This document shows, one piece after another, positions 24,470 through 36,994 of a stretch of DNA of 64,000 bases. Numbering within the stretch: position 1 is the stretch's first letter; the number at the start of each line of letters is the position of its first letter. The translations under genes were made by a program, and so were the position numbers. Source of the stretch: Macrostomum lignano (lineage: Eukaryota). The stretch covers positions 81,253 to 145,252 of the forward strand of contig NIVC01002733.1 of the NCBI GenBank assembly GCA_002269645.1, given 5' to 3'. The notes under the pieces are model-generated. The model saw nothing but the letters and a program-made list of their open reading frames with translations. It ran no database searches and had not been told where the DNA came from.

Positions 24470-25460
24470 AGAGAAGCGTCATGTAAACAATCATAGAAGC
24501 GTCATGTAAACAATCATAGAAGCGTCATGTAAAAATCATAGAAGCGTCATGTAAACAATCATAGAAGCGTCATGTAAAAATCATAGAAGCGTCATGTAAA
24601 AATCATAAAAGCGTCATGTAAACAATCTTAGAAGCGTCATGTAAACAATCTTAGAAGCGTCATGTAAACATCATAGAAGCGTCATGTAAAAATCATAAAA
24701 GCGTCATGTAAACAATCATACAAGCGTCATGTAAAAAATCATAGAAGCGTCATGTAAACATCATAGAAGCGTCATGTAAACATCATAGAAGCGTCATGTA
24801 AAAATCATAGAAGCGCATCCTGCAAAAATCGTAGAGGCGTCATGTAAACAATCATAGAAGCGTCATGTAAAAATCATAGTGAGTAGAAGCGTCATGTAAA
24901 AAGTCATAGAAGCGTCATGTAAACAATATTAGAAGCGTCATGTAAAAATCATAGAAGCGTCATGTAAAAATCATAAAAGCGTCATGTAAACAATCTTAGA
25001 AGCGTCATGTAAACAATCATAGAAGCGTCATGTAAAAATCATAGAAGCGTCATGTAAAAATCATAAAAGCGTCATGTAAACAATCTTAGAAGCGTCATGT
25101 AAACAATCATAGAAGCGTCATGTAAAAAATCATAGAAGCGTCATGTAAACAATCATACAAGCGTCATGTAAAAAATCATAGAAGCGTCATGAAACAATCA
25201 TAGAAGCGTCATGTAAACAATCATAGAAGCATCCTGCAAAAATCGTAGAAGCGTCATGAAAAAAATCATCGAAGCGTCATGTAAAAATCATAGAAGCGTC
25301 ATGTAAAAATCATAGAAGCGTCATGTAAAAAATCATAGAAGCGTCATGTAAAAAATTATAGAAGCGTCATGTAAACAATCATAAAAGCGTCATGTAAAAA
25401 TCATAGAAGCGTCATGTAAAAAATCATAGAAGCGTCATGAAAAAATCATAGAAGCCTCAT
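24470..25460 (+). repeat. About 22-bp minisatellite (AGAAGCGTCATGTAAAAATCAT), about 45 copies
   Basis: Direct repeats with variable A-run; related units near 38480-38550. Confidence 0.96.
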
Positions 25461-26348
25461 TTTAAAACTAATGAAAGTGTCATTTAAAAAATTAAGAAGC
25501 ATCATAGTAGAATAAAAGAAGCGTCATGTCAGACATGAAGGGTGTCATGTAAAAATTAAATGAAGCTATAGTGCTGTGCTGGGGAGAAAAACTGTGACGT
25601 CAAGGCTCACAGAGAATAACTGAGATTACGGGGGGGGGGGGTTCTGAGATGTCAAAGCAAAAGTCAGATGCTACTTCAAAGTTCATGTACTTTACTCCAT
25701 TTTTTATTACATTCTTTGTTGGCTCGCCACGGGGGGGTGCTGATAGAAGAAGAGTCATGTAAAAAATAAAAGTAGCACTAAGTATACATAAAAGAAAAGT
25801 CATGTCGAAGTTAAAAGATTCATTTGGGAATGGCTACGATGTCAAAGCTTGGTGGAAATCGTTATAGTGCTGTGATTCTTAAAGAAGGAATCACTAAAAT
25901 GTCAAGGCTTAGGGGAGAAGAATTGCTTTAGGTTGGGTTAAAGTTAGGTTTAGGTCAGGTGTGGGTTGAGGGTTATATTTTATCGGGTTTCAAGGTTAAC
26001 AGGGGATTTTTTAGATTTCAAGGTTTATGGGGGCCATCGCCGACATGTCAAGGCTTACGGGGTGAATAGCTGAGATGTCAGGGCTCACGGGGGTATAAAT
26101 GAGATTTCAAGGCTAAAGTCAGAAGCTACATGTAGTTTATTGAAAACTTTTTATTCCATTATTTGATGCCTCCTCAGGGGAGGGATTGCTGATAAAAAAA
26201 GCGTAATGTAGAAAATAAAAGAAGCTTCATGTCGAAGTTAAGAGATTCATTTGGGAATCCCTACGATGTCGAGGCTTGCAGGGAATCGCTATAATGCTGT
26301 AGTAGTGCTATAATGACTCTTAGAGAGAATTACTGAAATGTCAATGCT

Positions 26349-26416
26349 TTAGGGTTAGGTTAGGGTTAGGGTTAGGGTTAGGGTTAGGGTTAGGCTAGGG
26401 TTAGGGTTAGGGTTAG
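26349..26416 (+). repeat. Interstitial telomeric repeat (TTAGGG)n
   Basis: About 11 near-perfect TTAGGG units; a degenerate counterpart lies near 25930-25975. Confidence 0.93.
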
Positions 26417-26811
26417 AAGGTTGACAGATATTTTTAGATTTCCAAGGCTTATTGGGGGCATTGCTGAGATGTCAAGGGGGGAAGTTGATATGTTAAAGCT
26501 TGTGGGGGGGAATTACTGACATGTCAAGGCTTACAAGGTTTGACAGGAGATTTTTTAAGATTTCAAGGATACATGTAGCTTATTAAAAAAACATGTATTG
26601 CATTTTTTGGCTCCCCAACGGGGGGCGTAGATTGCTAGTCCACGGCTTAAAATTCAGAAAAAAGAATTATTTTTGATTGCCGATTAACTTAATTAGCGAA
26701 ACTCTTAGGCGATTCGCTTGGACGAGACGAGTGGCTTCGGTTCTTTAAACGAGAGATAAGGCGGTAGAATTCAGTATTGCACAGTTAGCAGCTATGCAAT
26801 AGCTATGCTCC

Positions 26812-27516
26812 TCAGTACTTCTTGACGAACTTGGCCCAGCTCAGGTCGGTCTCGATGGCGTCGCCGACGCTCGAGTCAGCGAAGTCCAGCATGCGGCAGG
26901 CGCCGCTGGCCCGTTTGAACAGGACGGCCCGGCACTCCCAGCGATGCACGCAGAGCCACAGGCAGTGAAGCTCCGAGCTCACCGAGGCGTCAGTGTAGCA
27001 GTAGACAGGACTGATGTTGCCCAGCCTCAGGAACTCTGCTGGCTCCAGGTACTCGCTGTTCGGCGTCGCGATCGGCTGGCAGACGAACTGTGTACGCCCA
27101 GACCCTGGTTGGTCCCGCAAACCAGCAATGCTGACCGCTAAAAAATCATCATCTGCTGAATAGCGGTTCGGCAAGCCAGACTTCCAGTCGCTGTCATCCA
27201 AAGTCGGAAACAGCGAGCCGTTGGCGAATCTCCAGCCGCTGCGAGACGTGCCCGCCTCAACCAGGAGGTCCGTCACTCCGATGAAGTAATAATCAAGCCA
27301 GTGATTGACAGCTCGGATGGCAGTCAGGTCCATCAGCAGCTCTCCGCCGATGCCCAGGCACAGTCTGGCTGCGTCGCACCAGCTGGAAACGCTGGGGTTG
27401 TTGCCGATGAAGACGCAGCTGCCCAGCCTGTCGATGAACGGAGCGACGCAGGCGGCAGAGGCGAGAGCTGCCAGCCCCGCAAACAGCGTCAGCTTGAGCA
27501 GCTGCTTCGGTAGCAT
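26812..27516 (-). CDS. Secreted C-type lectin-like domain + PAN/apple domain protein, copy 1 (234 aa)
   Basis: Signal peptide MLPKQLLKLTLFAGLAALASA; CTLD pattern C....F.....SC......SW.DA...C...GGEL...YFIGVTD...WRF.NGS...FVC; C-terminal C...S...C...C......CRAVLF......C.ML (PAN/apple). Single exon. Confidence 0.85.
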   Translation of the reverse strand: MLPKQLLKLTLFAGLAALASAACVAPFIDRLGSCVFIGNNPSVSSWCDAARLCLGIGGELLMDLTAIRAVNHWLDYYFIGVTDLLVEAGTSRSGWRFANGSLFPTLDDSDWKSGLPNRYSADDDFLAVSIAGLRDQPGSGRTQFVCQPIATPNSEYLEPAEFLRLGNISPVYCYTDASVSSELHCLWLCVHRWECRAVLFKRASGACRMLDFADSSVGDAIETDLSWAKFVKKY

Positions 27517-27639
27517 CAGCGAGTCTCAAGTCAGTCAGCTTGGAGCAGCTTAATTTGTGAGCAATTTGAAATATTCTTGGTTGCAAACTAGTGGTATTTC
27601 TGCAAAATGTGAGGTTAAATCTACAGTCAGTCTGTACGC

Positions 27640-27690
27640 TCGCTTTTATAGAGAGCTGCAGCCAATGACTCGTAGCCAACCAATCGTCCA
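27640..27690 (-). promoter_or_regulatory. Putative lectin promoter: TATAAAA plus two CCAAT boxes
   Basis: TTTTATA at 27644-27650 (TATAAAA on the minus strand) about 130 bp upstream of the ATG; CCAAT at about 27662 and 27680. Conserved upstream of copies 2, 4, 5 and 6. Confidence 0.55.
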
Positions 27691-27863
27691 GTGCAGCAGC
27701 GCCGACTTCGGAGACTGGCTTTGAAAGGCGCCCAATAGGTTTCCCAGCATTTTTGCCTCGACCCATAGCTGCTAAACAAGTAAAGAAGTTAATTTTTTTA
27801 ATTAACTGACTAAAGAGGTTTGTAGGAGACTATTAAAATAAAATAAATTTAAAAAATATCGCA

Positions 27864-27975
27864 GAGTGGGGCCGTATAGTCTATCGCTGCAATCTGATGA
27901 GCCAGCGGCCCAGGCTCGATTCCAACTGCAGTCGCATTAATTTGGGGCTAAATTGGAATCTCGGCTTTGCAACTC
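27864..27975 (+). mobile_element. Truncated family-A SINE head
   Basis: CCAGCGGCCCAGGCTCGATTCCAACTGCAGTCGCATTAATTTGGGGCT; a homologous head lies at about 34755-34880. Confidence 0.75.
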
Positions 27976-28953
27976 GATCGCTCGAACGTACTGGGTCTGG
28001 GTGGTGGTTTTCCATGTTGCTGAGTAAAAATAAACGATAAAGTTGAGTACTCTTCGCACTTTTGCAGTTCCGGCGAACCCAACATGTTGAGTAGTTGAGT
28101 CTAGACGAGCCCTTGATGAGACATTCCATGCATATTAATGCAGTTCGGGAATCATTACTAATGCATATACCAGGTATTTAGCGAAATTGTATATTGCCGC
28201 AAAGTGACCCAATAAGCGCGTTTAAATTACATGTAAAACTGTAAAGTGGTAAGTAAAAAATACACCCAGCAACAGTTAACCCTTCCCCGAAATCATGTGC
28301 AGGGACCACTAGCAAGTAAAAGGGTTGCCACTCGTCAGCACCCCACTGAACTCTTCGCTTTCCGAAGTCCCAGATATGCTCGGTGGGGTTCCTGTCTTGC
28401 TATGTCTGGAGTTAAGCTGCTGCTGGGTATAAAACCTTCACTGGCTGACTCAAGAAACGAGAGAGAGAATTTATCTAAGCCGTCAATCGTCAGTCCTAAA
28501 ACTGCGTGGATTAGATGAAAATGCGCTTGACAAGAAAATATCTGTCTTTTGCCACAATATGGGAACTTTCTCAGTCTGTTTAGATTGATTGGCATTTAAT
28601 AACATATGAAAGCTGACGGAACAATTGAGAGAATAAAAAAATTGTTGGCAAATAGCAGCGAGTTAAGTCAATCGATCGCACAGTCTTCTTGATTTTGTCT
28701 CGATCAAGTCTACTGACAGTCGTGTCAACATTGACATATTGAAAGCAGCTCCTACTGAGTCTGACAAGAGGAAAACCTCTCTGCTTACTTTGCTAAAACA
28801 ATGCGAGATGCTTCCCAGACTCCTATTCAGCCTCATGTGTCAGAGCCGTTCAAACTTGACTTTTTCGACAAGACTTGTCAGTTTTGTGACTTCGACGCTT
28901 TGTTACCTTTAGCTTTAGCCACGACTAACCTACCTTTCCTATGTGTCCTTCAA

Positions 28954-29250
28954 TCAGGGGCGTCGCAATGGATTTTATGATGGGGGGAAGAAGCCAAAAA
29001 TTCTACATTACTAAATTCCTAAATTATTTTGGGAATGGGTGTTGTTAGCACTCATTTTGGCGCCGCAGGCACTCATTTGGCGCTGCAGGCACTCATTTGG
29101 CGCTGCAGGCACTCATTTTGGCGCTGCAGGCACTCATTTTGGCGCCGCAGGCACTCATTTTAGCGCCGAAGCGCTATATTTTGTCGGCCTGAAGCAAAAT
29201 TATTGATTCCCATATCGAGTGGTAATTTGCAACGATTGCCAGCCCCTATC
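28954..29250. mobile_element. Non-autonomous DNA element of a CAGGGGCGTCGC family with internal GGCACTCATTTTGGCGCCGCA repeats
   Basis: CAGGGGCGTCGCAATGGATTTTATGATGGGGGG start recurs at about 38764, 55436 and 60370. About 6 copies of a 20-21-bp repeat at 29045-29170; related repeats at 35645-35725, 38845-38890 and 56225-56285. Confidence 0.6.
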
Positions 29251-30169
29251 TGCCTAGGTACGTCACGATTTACAAGTGCTTATCCAGTTTGTGTGATTAA
29301 TTTGCAACGCTTAGAAAGTAAATCAACAGGGGTATTACCTTTGATTTACCTTTATCAAAGGTAGTACCCCTTGAATTACCTTGACATGCATGCAGATCTT
29401 TCAAGCAGGAACTGAGCTCTTGTACTTGGGATTATACTTCATAAGCGTCCAATGTTTAAGGCTTGACGCAATACACCAGCACAATATGAGTGCTCATACG
29501 TTTGAGGAAGCATTAACAGTTGTTTCAGACGCAGCTATGAACAAGGACCACTGTAAGTATAACAGGACGTAAAACTCACTGATCGCGTAATTTTTAGGAG
29601 GCCAAGTTTCTGAAAAAATACACTGCAGAAATAGGAAAATGCCTTTTCATCACATCATCAATGACTGCATTTTATCTGGTGCAGTGAAGAATACCATTTC
29701 TTTAATTTAGTATGCGCAACGTGTTACTCTGTTATATTTTATATAACTGTATAGAGAAACCTTCATTTTCATATTCTTTTATTTTTATTCCATAAGCCCA
29801 ATTGAAAGTTTTAAATATTCGCAAGTGAAAGTTTAGTTGCTTGAAATAAGCTTCCGCAGCGTACTTTTTACAGTGAATTGGTCTCCTAAAAATTACAATC
29901 TTTGAGTTTTACGTCCTGTTATACTGAGAGCTACAGTGGTCCTTGGCTATGGACTGCAGCTATGAGCAGTGATCCGCCTTGCCCAATGATACGGCACCCT
30001 GACTTTTCCCTTGAATTGTACACGCGTTAAGCGATTTTCAACTGCTCCGGAAGCTGACTGATGCTTTTGATGAAGCGCTGGAGGGAGCCGGTGTCCGCTT
30101 CTGGGCCTCGACTAACAACCCCATTTGGGTTCAGGATCCGTTCTGGCTTCTGTCGTCTCTGTTGACAGA

Positions 30170-31660
30170 GTGGATGGCATGGTGAGATTTAGAGAGTGGA
30201 TAAGGGTGAGATGTAGAGAGTGGATAGGAGGGAGAGATGTAGAGAGTGGATAGGAGGGTGAGATGTAGAGAGTGGATAAAATGGTGAGATTTAGAGAGAG
30301 AGTGGATAGTAGGGTGAGATGTAAATAGTGGATAGTGAGGTGTGATGTAGATAGTGGATAGAAGGGTGTAGAGAGAGAGAGTGGATAGGAGGGTGAGATG
30401 TAGATAGTGGATAGGAGGGTGAGATGTAGATAGTGGATAGGAAGGTGAGATGCAGAGAGAGAGAGTGGATAGGAGGGTGAGATTTAGAGAGAGAGAGTGG
30501 ATAGGAGGGTGAGATTTAGAGAGAGAGAGTGGATAGGAAGGGTGTGATGTAGATAGTGGATAGTGGGGTGTGATGTAGATAGTGGATAGAAGGGTGTAGT
30601 GAGAAAGAGAGAGTGGATGGTAGGGTGAGATGTCAAGTGTGGATAGGAGGGTGAGATGTAGATAGTGGATAGGAGGGTGAGATGTAGATAGTGGATAGGA
30701 GGGTGACATGTAGATAGTGGATAGGAGGGTGAGATGTAGATAGTGGATAGGAGGGTGAGATGTTGATAGTTGATAGGAGGGTGAGATGTAGATAGTGGAT
30801 AGGAGGGTGACATGTAGATAGTGGATAGGAGGGTGACATGTAGATAGTGGATAGGAGGGTGAGATGTAGATAGTGGATAGGAGGGTGAGATGTAGAGAGA
30901 GAGAGTGGATAGTAGGGTGAGATGTCAAGTGTGGATAGGAGGGTGAGATGTAGATAGTGGATAGGAGGGTGAGATGTAGAGAGAGAGTGGATAGTAGGGT
31001 GAGATGTCAAGTGTGGATAGGAGGGTGAGATGTAGATAGTGGATAGGAGGGTGAGATGTAGATAGTGGATAGGAGGGTGACATGTAGATAGTGGATAGGA
31101 GGGTGAGATGTAGAGAGAGTGGATAGTAGGCTGAGATGTCAAGTGTGGATAGGAGGGTGAGATGTAGATAGTGGATAGGAGGGTGACATGTAGATAGTGG
31201 ATAGGAGGGTGACATGTAGATAGTGGATAGGAGGGTGAGATGCAGATAGTGGATAGGAGGGTGTGATGTAGAGAGAGAGTGGATAGGATGGTGAGATGTC
31301 AAAAGTGGATAGGAGGGTGAGATGTAGAGAGAGAGTGGATAGGAGGGTGAGATGTCAAAAGTGGATAGGAGGGTGTGATGTAGAGAGAGAGTGGATAGGA
31401 GGGTGTGATGTAGAGAGAGAGTGGATAGGAGGGTGAGATGTCAAAAGTGGATAGGAGGGTGTGATGTAGAGAGAGAGAGTGGATAGGAGGGTGAGATGTC
31501 AAAAGTGGATAGGAGGGTGTGATGTAGAGAGAGAGTGGATAGGAGGGTGAGATGTCAAAAGTGGATAGGAGGGTGTGATGTAGAGAGAGAGTGGATAGGA
31601 GGGTGAGATGTCAAAAGTGGATAGGAGGGTTAGATGTAGAGAAAGAAAACAGACAGAGAG
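30170..31660 (+). repeat. Purine-rich 26-30-bp minisatellite (GTGGATAGGAGGGTGAGATGTAGATA)
   Basis: Direct repeats; short homologues at 32805-33125 and 36250-36445. Confidence 0.95.
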
Positions 31661-31805
31661 GAGGGCACCTCCAATCTCAGGCACTGACTCGATAAAAAGG
31701 ACTGATGAAAGTCAGTTCAGTTTAATTTGCCGATATCTCGAATATTGTATATTCTTCGTCAGGGCAGATTGCAATATTAAAAGGCGATAACGCCAGGGAG
31801 GGAAA

Positions 31806-32797
31806 TCGTTATGGAGGCTCCTCCCCTTGGTGCAGGCGGGCAGCACCGGGGGCTCGCAGTGCCGAGTCACCCTGTCCTTCACCTTGGCAGCCAGGGCGTC
31901 GGAGATCGCACAGTGCGACAGGATCAGCGGGACGACCGGGTTGTGCAGTACGCCGGCAAGTTCGTTGGCGCCGTGTGGAATTTTGAGTCCTCAGGACCTC
32001 GATGAGCTTGGCCTCCTGGCGCTGACGCCGCTCGTTAGCTCTGGGTCCTGTGCCCTCCCGTGTCCAGATGCCGGTGAAGGCGAAGTCCGCCAGGCTGTGG
32101 CCACCGCAGTGTCGCGGACGTGCCAAATGTCGCCGATGTGCGCCAGCATGCGACCGCGGATGCTGTTGACAGTCTCGCTGACGTAGACCGTGTGGTCGCA
32201 CCGGCGGCAGACACGGCATAGACGGCGTTCGTGGCGTTACAGTCGATTCTTTGGCTGATGAGTATCTGTACGGTGGTGCCTGCGGAACCGGGGCAGACGG
32301 TGCTGAACTGGGCGTGCGCCTGGCAGCACTTGCAGAGCCGGGCCGGGTTGCACGGCAGAAAGCCGAACTCCCACCGACTGGTCGGGTAGAAGCCCAGCTC
32401 AGTCAGCACGTCGTACTTGATGGTGCGGAGGAAACGCCGGCTGTAGCCTTGGTGCTGCACCAGATTCGACCTCAGCCCGGTGCACGCTGCGTCGAAGTCG
32501 GCCATCCGAGCGCACCACCGGGCGTACCTGATGAGCTGGGACTTCACCACGCCTTGGAAAGTCCGCTTAGGATGGAAGGAGCCGCGATGGATGAGGGCTC
32601 GGCTGTCGGTGGGCTTGAAGTACACCATAATTGCCAGGCTCTCGCTGTCGCCACCGCGGTCCCAGAAGACGGTGGTGTCAAGGAAGTAGACCTGTGTACT
32701 GCTGTAGCTCAGTTGAATCCGGATGTTCGGGTCGAGGGTGTCCAGGTGTTGGTGGAACTTGACCTGCTCCGCCTCGGTGCCCCGCCACACTCCAAAG
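31806..32797 (-). mobile_element. 5'-truncated Penelope-like retroelement (RT C-terminus + GIY-YIG endonuclease), frameshifted
   Basis: FGVWRGT...FLDTTVF...VYFKPTDS...SFHPKRTFQGVVKSQLIRY...QGYS, then IDCNATNAVYAV(C)CRRCDHTVYVSET...RMLAH (GIY-YIG-type), with a frameshift near 32215. Confidence 0.9.
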
Positions 32798-32846
32798 TAA
32801 ATATAAGGAGGGTGAGATGTAGAGAGAGAGGATAGGAGGGTGAGAT

Positions 32847-33075
<229 letters not shown>

Positions 33076-33699
33076 TAGTGAATAGTAGGTTGAAATGTAG
33101 AGAGTGGATAGGAGGGTGGGACAGACAGCAACACAGCCTGTGAGCTCGTAGACAGTTGCGCAATGCAACGTGCTCCCTAGTAGAAAGGAACTCAGTAAAG
33201 TTTCTGTCCCAACAGACAGGGCTGGACATGTACAGAGCAGACAGTGTTTGAATAATATGTGAACACTTCTGTGAAAAATTAACACTTTGGTACGACCATT
33301 GACAAATTGACAATACTTAAACCAATGGCCGTGACCAGCATTTAAAGATTGACAGCAAAAAGACTCAAGTTGGCAGGTCAACTCCCTAGTTAGAAATCAG
33401 ATTCCTTCGAAAAACCTTGTTGGCTTAGGACATATAGCTCTAATCGTCACATCTTTGCTACCTTGATCAGCAATCTTACTCTGCTGTTCATTCTGGATGC
33501 CACAGGACCTGTCTTCGGTAGAATATTCCGAAGAAAAAGATGTGAAGATATTTTTCTTGCCGATGGCTTTCTGCCAAAGTAATTAGAGAAACTCTTCAGG
33601 GATTCGCGTAGACGAGACGAGTGGCTTCGGTTCTTTAAACGAGAGATAAGGCGGTAGAATTCAGTATTGCACAGTTAGCAGCTATGCAATAGCTACGTC

Positions 33700-34404
33700 T
33701 CAGTACACCTTGACGAACTTGGCCCAGCTCGGGTCGGTCTCGATGGCGTCGCCGACGCTCGAGTCAGCGAAGTCCAGCATGCGGCAGGCGCCGCTGGCCC
33801 GGTTGAACAGGACGGCCCGGCACTCCCAGCGCTGCACGCAGAGCCAAAGGCAGTGAAGCTCCGAGCTCACCGAGGCGTCAGTGTAGCAGTAGACAGGACT
33901 GATGTTGCCCAGCCTCAGGAACTCTGCTGGCTCCAGGTACTCGCTGTTCGGCGTCGCGATCGGCTGGCAGACGAACTGTGTACGCCCAGACCCTGGTTGG
34001 TCCCGCAAACCAGCAATGCTGACCGCTAAAAAATCATCATCTGCTGAATAGCGGTTCGGCAAGCCAGACTTCCAGTCGCTGTCATCCAAAGTCGGAAACA
34101 GCGAGCCGTTGGCGAATCTCCAGCCGCTGCGAGACCTGCCCGCCTCAACCAGGAGGTCCGTCACTCCGATGAAGTAATAATCAATCCAGTGATTGACGGC
34201 TCGGATGGCAGTCAGGTCCATCAGCAGCTCTCCGCCGATGCCCAGGCACAGTCTGGCTGCGTCGCACCAGCTGGAAACGCTGGGGTTGTTGCCGATGAAG
34301 ACGCAGCTGCCCAGCCTGTCGATGAACGGAGCGACGCAGGCGGCAGAGGCGAGAGCTGCCAGCCCCGCAAACAGCGTCAGCTTGAGCAGCTGCTTCGGTA
34401 GCAT
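33700..34404 (-). CDS. C-type lectin + PAN/apple protein, copy 2 (234 aa)
   Basis: Intact ORF, nearly identical to copy 1. Confidence 0.85.
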   Translation of the reverse strand: MLPKQLLKLTLFAGLAALASAACVAPFIDRLGSCVFIGNNPSVSSWCDAARLCLGIGGELLMDLTAIRAVNHWIDYYFIGVTDLLVEAGRSRSGWRFANGSLFPTLDDSDWKSGLPNRYSADDDFLAVSIAGLRDQPGSGRTQFVCQPIATPNSEYLEPAEFLRLGNISPVYCYTDASVSSELHCLWLCVQRWECRAVLFNRASGACRMLDFADSSVGDAIETDPSWAKFVKVY

Positions 34405-36994
34405 CAGCGAGTCTCAAGTCAGTCAGCTTGGAGCAGCTTGATTTGTGAGCAGTTAGACTTTTTCTTGGTTGCCAACTAGAGGTATTTCTGAAAATTTTTG
34501 AGTATTTAATCTGTAGTCAGTCTGTATACGCTTGCATTTATAGACAGCTGCAGCCAATCAGTCGTAGCCAACAAACCGTCCAGTGCAGCAGTGCCAACTT
34601 CGGAGACTGGCTTTGAAAGGCGCCCAATAGGTTTCCTAGCATTTTGCCTCTACACGTAGCTGCTAAACAAGTAAGGAAGTTAATTTTTTTAATTAACTGA
34701 CTAAAGAGGTTTGTAGGAGACTATTATAAAATAAAAAAGATTTGAAATATGTCGCCAAGTGGAGCCGTGGTCTTGCGCGGCAATCTGATGTGCCAGCTGC
34801 CCAGGCTCGATTCCAAGTGCAGTCACAATAATTTGGGGCTACATGTAAATTGGAATTGATATTTTGCCACTCGATCGCTCAGACGTACTGGGTCTGGGTG
34901 GCGGTTTTCCATGTTGCTGAGTAAAAAAAACAAATAAACAGGTCGGTGAACGGGCCATCCTGTTGAGTAGTCGAGTCTAGACTCATTTAAAGAGCCATGA
35001 TGGGGCATTCCATGCATATTCATGCATTGAGGTAATCATTACGCTCGTACTAATGCATATACTTGTCCTCCTCCATAAAAATCCATAATCCATATTATGC
35101 ATTATGCATTAATCCATAATGCATAACCCTCCTCCGAAATCATGTGCAGGAACCACGAGCAAGTAAAAGGGTTGGCACTCGTCAGTAAGGGTTGGCAGTC
35201 CCAGACATGCTCGGTGGGGTTCCTGTCTGGCTTATCTGGGTAGCTGTTGCTGGGTGCTTGACAAGAAAATGTCCGTCTTTTGCCACAATATAGGAACTTT
35301 CTCAGTCTGTTTCAATTGATTGGCATTTAATAAGACAAGAAAGCTGACGAAACAATAGAAAGAATAAAAAATTGGTAAATATCAGTGAGTTAAATTCAAT
35401 CGATCGCACACACAGCCTTTGTCTTCTTGCATTTGTCTCGACTAAGTCTTCTGAGGGTCGTGTCAACATTGACAAATTGAAACCAGCTCCTACTGAGTCT
35501 GACAAGAGGGAATTGCCTCTCTGCTTGCTTTGCTAAAACAATGCGAATGGTTTCCCAGACTCTTATTCAGCATTTTGTGCCAGACTGGTTCAAGCTTGAC
35601 ATTTTCGACAAAACTTGTCAGTTTTGTGACTTAGACGCTTTGTGTCGCAGGCACTCACTTTAGCGCCGCAGGCACTCATTTTGGCGCCGCAAGCACTCAT
35701 TTTAGCGCTGTAGGCACTCATTTTAGCTTACTCCATACTTTTCGCCGAAAAATACACTACAGAGATAGGAGTTTTTAATTTTTTCAGCAAAAAAATTGTT
35801 ATTGCTTTTGATAGGAGGCAGATCCAGTGATCTCTGTAGTGTATTTTTTCGGCGAAAAGTTGCCTTCAAAACTTTTACCATAGATTTCGAGCGTTGCATC
35901 CTTCTACTTAAGTTGTCCCTGACTCGCAAGTGAAAGTCTTGTTGTTTGGAATGAGCTTTCGCAGCGTACTTTTTACAGTGAATTGGTCTCCTAAAAATTA
36001 CGATCTTAGGATATTACGACTACAGTGGTCCTTGGCTATAGACTGCAGCTATGAACAGTGATCCGCCTTGCCCAACGATACGGCACACTGACTTTTTCCT
36101 AGTGGGTTAACCGATTTCCAACTGCTGCGGAAGCTGACTGATGCTTTTGATGAGGCGCTGGAGGGAGCTGGTGTCCGCTTCTGGGCCTCGATCAACAACC
36201 CCGTTTGGGCTTAGGATCCGTTCAATAAGGAATGGCTTCTGTCGTCTCTGTTGTTAAAGTGGATGGCAGAGTAAGATCTAAAGAAAGTGGATGATAGTAA
36301 TTAGGTGAGGTGTAGAGAGTGAATGGGAGGTTGAGATGTAGAGAGAGAGAATGGATAGTAGGATGAGATGTAGATAGTGGACAGGATGGTGAGATGTGGA
36401 GAGAGGTAGAGAGAGAGAGAGAGAGGGAGAGAGAGAGAAAGGAGGGCACTTCTAATCTCAGACACTGACTCGGTAAAAAGGACTTATGAAAGTCAGTTTA
36501 GTTTAATTTGCCGATATTTCGAATACTGAATACGAGTATTCTTCGTCAGGGCAGAATGCGAGTCAAATGTTTTTGGCGCGGATTGCCGTCAATATTAAAA
36601 GGCGATAACGCCAGGGAGGGAAATCGATAAAAGGGTGTGCACAAGCGCATAAAACAGTACGCATGGCCAAGTACATTAAAACGAGTCAGAGACTCTGAGA
36701 AATACAGAGAGGGTGCATGGCGGCCAAAAATTTTTACAAGCGGGACTAAAAGACCCTTGAGTGTAGGAAAAAAATTGAAAAATAAAAGGCAAAATAAGTA
36801 GGCAAGGTTAATAAAAAGTTAGTAAATGTTTAGTACAAAGAGTGCAGGTCAACCGTAGCTCGTAGTACACAGTGTCAGAAAAACCTTAGAATAAAAAAGC
36901 ATAGGAAAAAATCATGAGCGTGTAGGCTTATCTGCTACGCCACCAGGTCCACGCCCTTTGCTGGCATGGGGGCCTTCGTTGTTTCGTTGATCTG

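Larger units (their letters stand above)
23896..26638 (+). mobile_element. Composite non-autonomous Helitron-like element
   Basis: Ends in a GC hairpin (GCTCCCCAACGGGGGGC, 26610-26626) followed by ATTG-CTAG|T (CTAG 26635-26638). It interrupts the conserved lectin 3' flank and contains a tRNA-like head, a 22-bp array and TTAGGG repeats. The 5' boundary is approximate. Confidence 0.55.

Noticed and set aside
26349-26416. Chromosome end
   Set aside because: Short tract with ordinary sequence on both sides.
33350-33400. Conserved CTAG in block X as the end of a Helitron capturing the lectin
   Set aside because: Homology between units continues about 40 bp past the CTAG, and there is no clear hairpin.
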